Of a stretch of DNA of 64,000 nucleotides, positions 62,040-64,000 are shown in pieces; position 1 is the first letter of the stretch; every line of letters starts with the position of its first letter. The stretch lies in NCBI RefSeq assembly GCF_009914755.1, contig NC_060932.1; one strand, written 5' to 3'. Below the pieces are notes generated by a model. The model was not told the DNA's origin, ran no database searches, and saw only the letters and a list, made by a program, of their open reading frames with translations. The stretch comes from the human T2T-CHM13v2.0 reference genome, Homo sapiens. A program made the position numbers and the translations under genes.

Positions 62040-63225
62040 TCACTCTGTTGCTGACCTCTCAGGCTCAAGCAATCCTCCCACCTCAGACTCTCAAGCAGCT
62101 GAGGGGGCCACAGACATGCGCCACCACGCCCAGCTAATTTTGTTTTTTTTTTTGTAGCGACTCTTGCCCAGGCTGGTTTTGAACCCCTGGGCTCAAGTGA
62201 TCCTCCTGCCTCAGCCTCTCAAAGTGCTAGGATTACAGGTATGAGCAACATCCCTTGGCCTCAATCACCTTTCACCTAAGGGTAAGGGCACTATGTACCC
62301 CCAACTATGTAACCTGAGCACTGTCTTCTTTGTTCAGTAGCACATTCTCTTTTGTTTTTTCTTTCCTGGCTGAGTCTGATTCTAATTTTCTCTGAGAGGA
62401 ATTTTCAGAGAGGAAAGAAGTAACAAGTATTTCATAGGCCAACTCTATTGTTAGGACAGAATCTTTCATTCTGGACCTCATGAGGCCCACGTATCTTCTT
62501 CACAGGGCCCAGGCCCTCCCTGTTTTCCATAGCATCTAACACTTACCCTCATACTTTTGTCATCTATTATTTTCAGACAAAATCCCAACTCTAGGATTCT
62601 AACTCTAATCTACTTTTTAATGATCCCATAAGTCAGTGTTGTTGGTTTGACATTCCCAAATATCTCACATCTTTTGAATGTATTTTCCCTGTTTTAAAGA
62701 CCTTAAAGAGTTCTTTTAAAACAAAAGGGCTGCGCTCAGTGGCTCATGCCTGTAATCCCAGTACTTTTGGGGAGGATCACCTGAGGGCAAGAGTTTCCCA
62801 CCAGCCTGGACAACATAATGAGAATTCATCTCTACAAAACAGTTTAAAAATTAGCCAGGCATGGTGGCACATGCCTGTAGTCCCAGCTACTCAGAAGCTG
62901 AGGCGGGAGAGTTGCTGGAGACCAGGAATTTGAGGCTGCAGTGAGATATGATCACCAACTGTACTCTAACCTGGGCGACAGTCTCTAAGTAACTATGTAA
63001 ATAAAAAATTACCAAAAAGCAAAACAATTCACAGCCAGCCTGCCTTGCCATTGCTGCCCACACCCACCTACACCCACCCACACTCAAGAGTCACCAACCA
63101 GATTTTCCTGAAGGCAATCCCAGTCCTCACATTATTATACTTGTCAATATTTCAGTACACATATGTAAAAGAAAAGCACATTCCTGTGCACCTGTGCATT
63201 TCTTTCTTTCTTTTTTTTTTCCTGA

Positions 63226-63384
<159 letters not shown>

Positions 63385-63702
63385 TAATAGAGACGGGGTT
63401 TCTCCATGTTGGTCAGCCTGATCTCGAACTCTCGACCTCAGGCGATCCGCCTGCCTCAGCCTCCCAAAGTGCTGGGATTACAGGTGTGAGCCACCGTGCC
63501 CGGCCTCCTGTGCATTTGTTAAAAATAGACACGTCCCAGTAAGTTAGTATTCTGTTTCTCCCTCCGAACAACTAGAATTACCATAATCATAAAGGAGATG
63601 GACTCCTAACCAGAGACCAGGCTTTCGAGGTTTTGTAAAGCAGAGCTAATACTTCACAGCGGTGTCAAATGAGGTGCCCTGTAAGAAACACCTAGCTTGT
63701 AA

Positions 63703-63998
<296 letters not shown>

Positions 63999-64000
63999 CT

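Noticed and set aside
62541-62700. Strong donor-like GG|gtaagt at ~62546 in LYPLA1 intron 5
   Set aside because: No convincing upstream acceptor or pyrimidine tract found.

Overview
Human (primate) genomic DNA, very rich in Alu and L1, that I recognise as the TCEA1-LYPLA1 locus (8q11). Both genes are on the minus strand. The window holds the last four coding exons and 3'UTR of LYPLA1 (acyl-protein thioesterase 1), a ~24 kb repeat-filled spacer, and the CpG-island promoter plus coding exons 1-3 of TCEA1 (TFIIS). Nearly all ORFs in the supplied track are Alu/L1 artefacts. The spacer contains an intact 968-bp LTR5_Hs (HERV-K HML-2) solo LTR in the same orientation as both genes. I see no wholly new system. 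The best leads are: (i) an in-frame LYPLA1 exon 8 to TCEA1 exon 2 read-through fusion; (ii) a strong-Kozak uORF that reads the TCEA1 5' GCC repeat as poly-Arg; (iii) a 49-nt candidate poison exon in TCEA1 intron 2; (iv) the LTR5_Hs as enhancer, promoter or poly(A) trap; (v) several templated-insertion and hairpin scars. Exon and LTR coordinates were read base by base. Old-repeat boundaries and subfamily calls are approximate and from memory of consensus sequences, and only representative Alus are listed.
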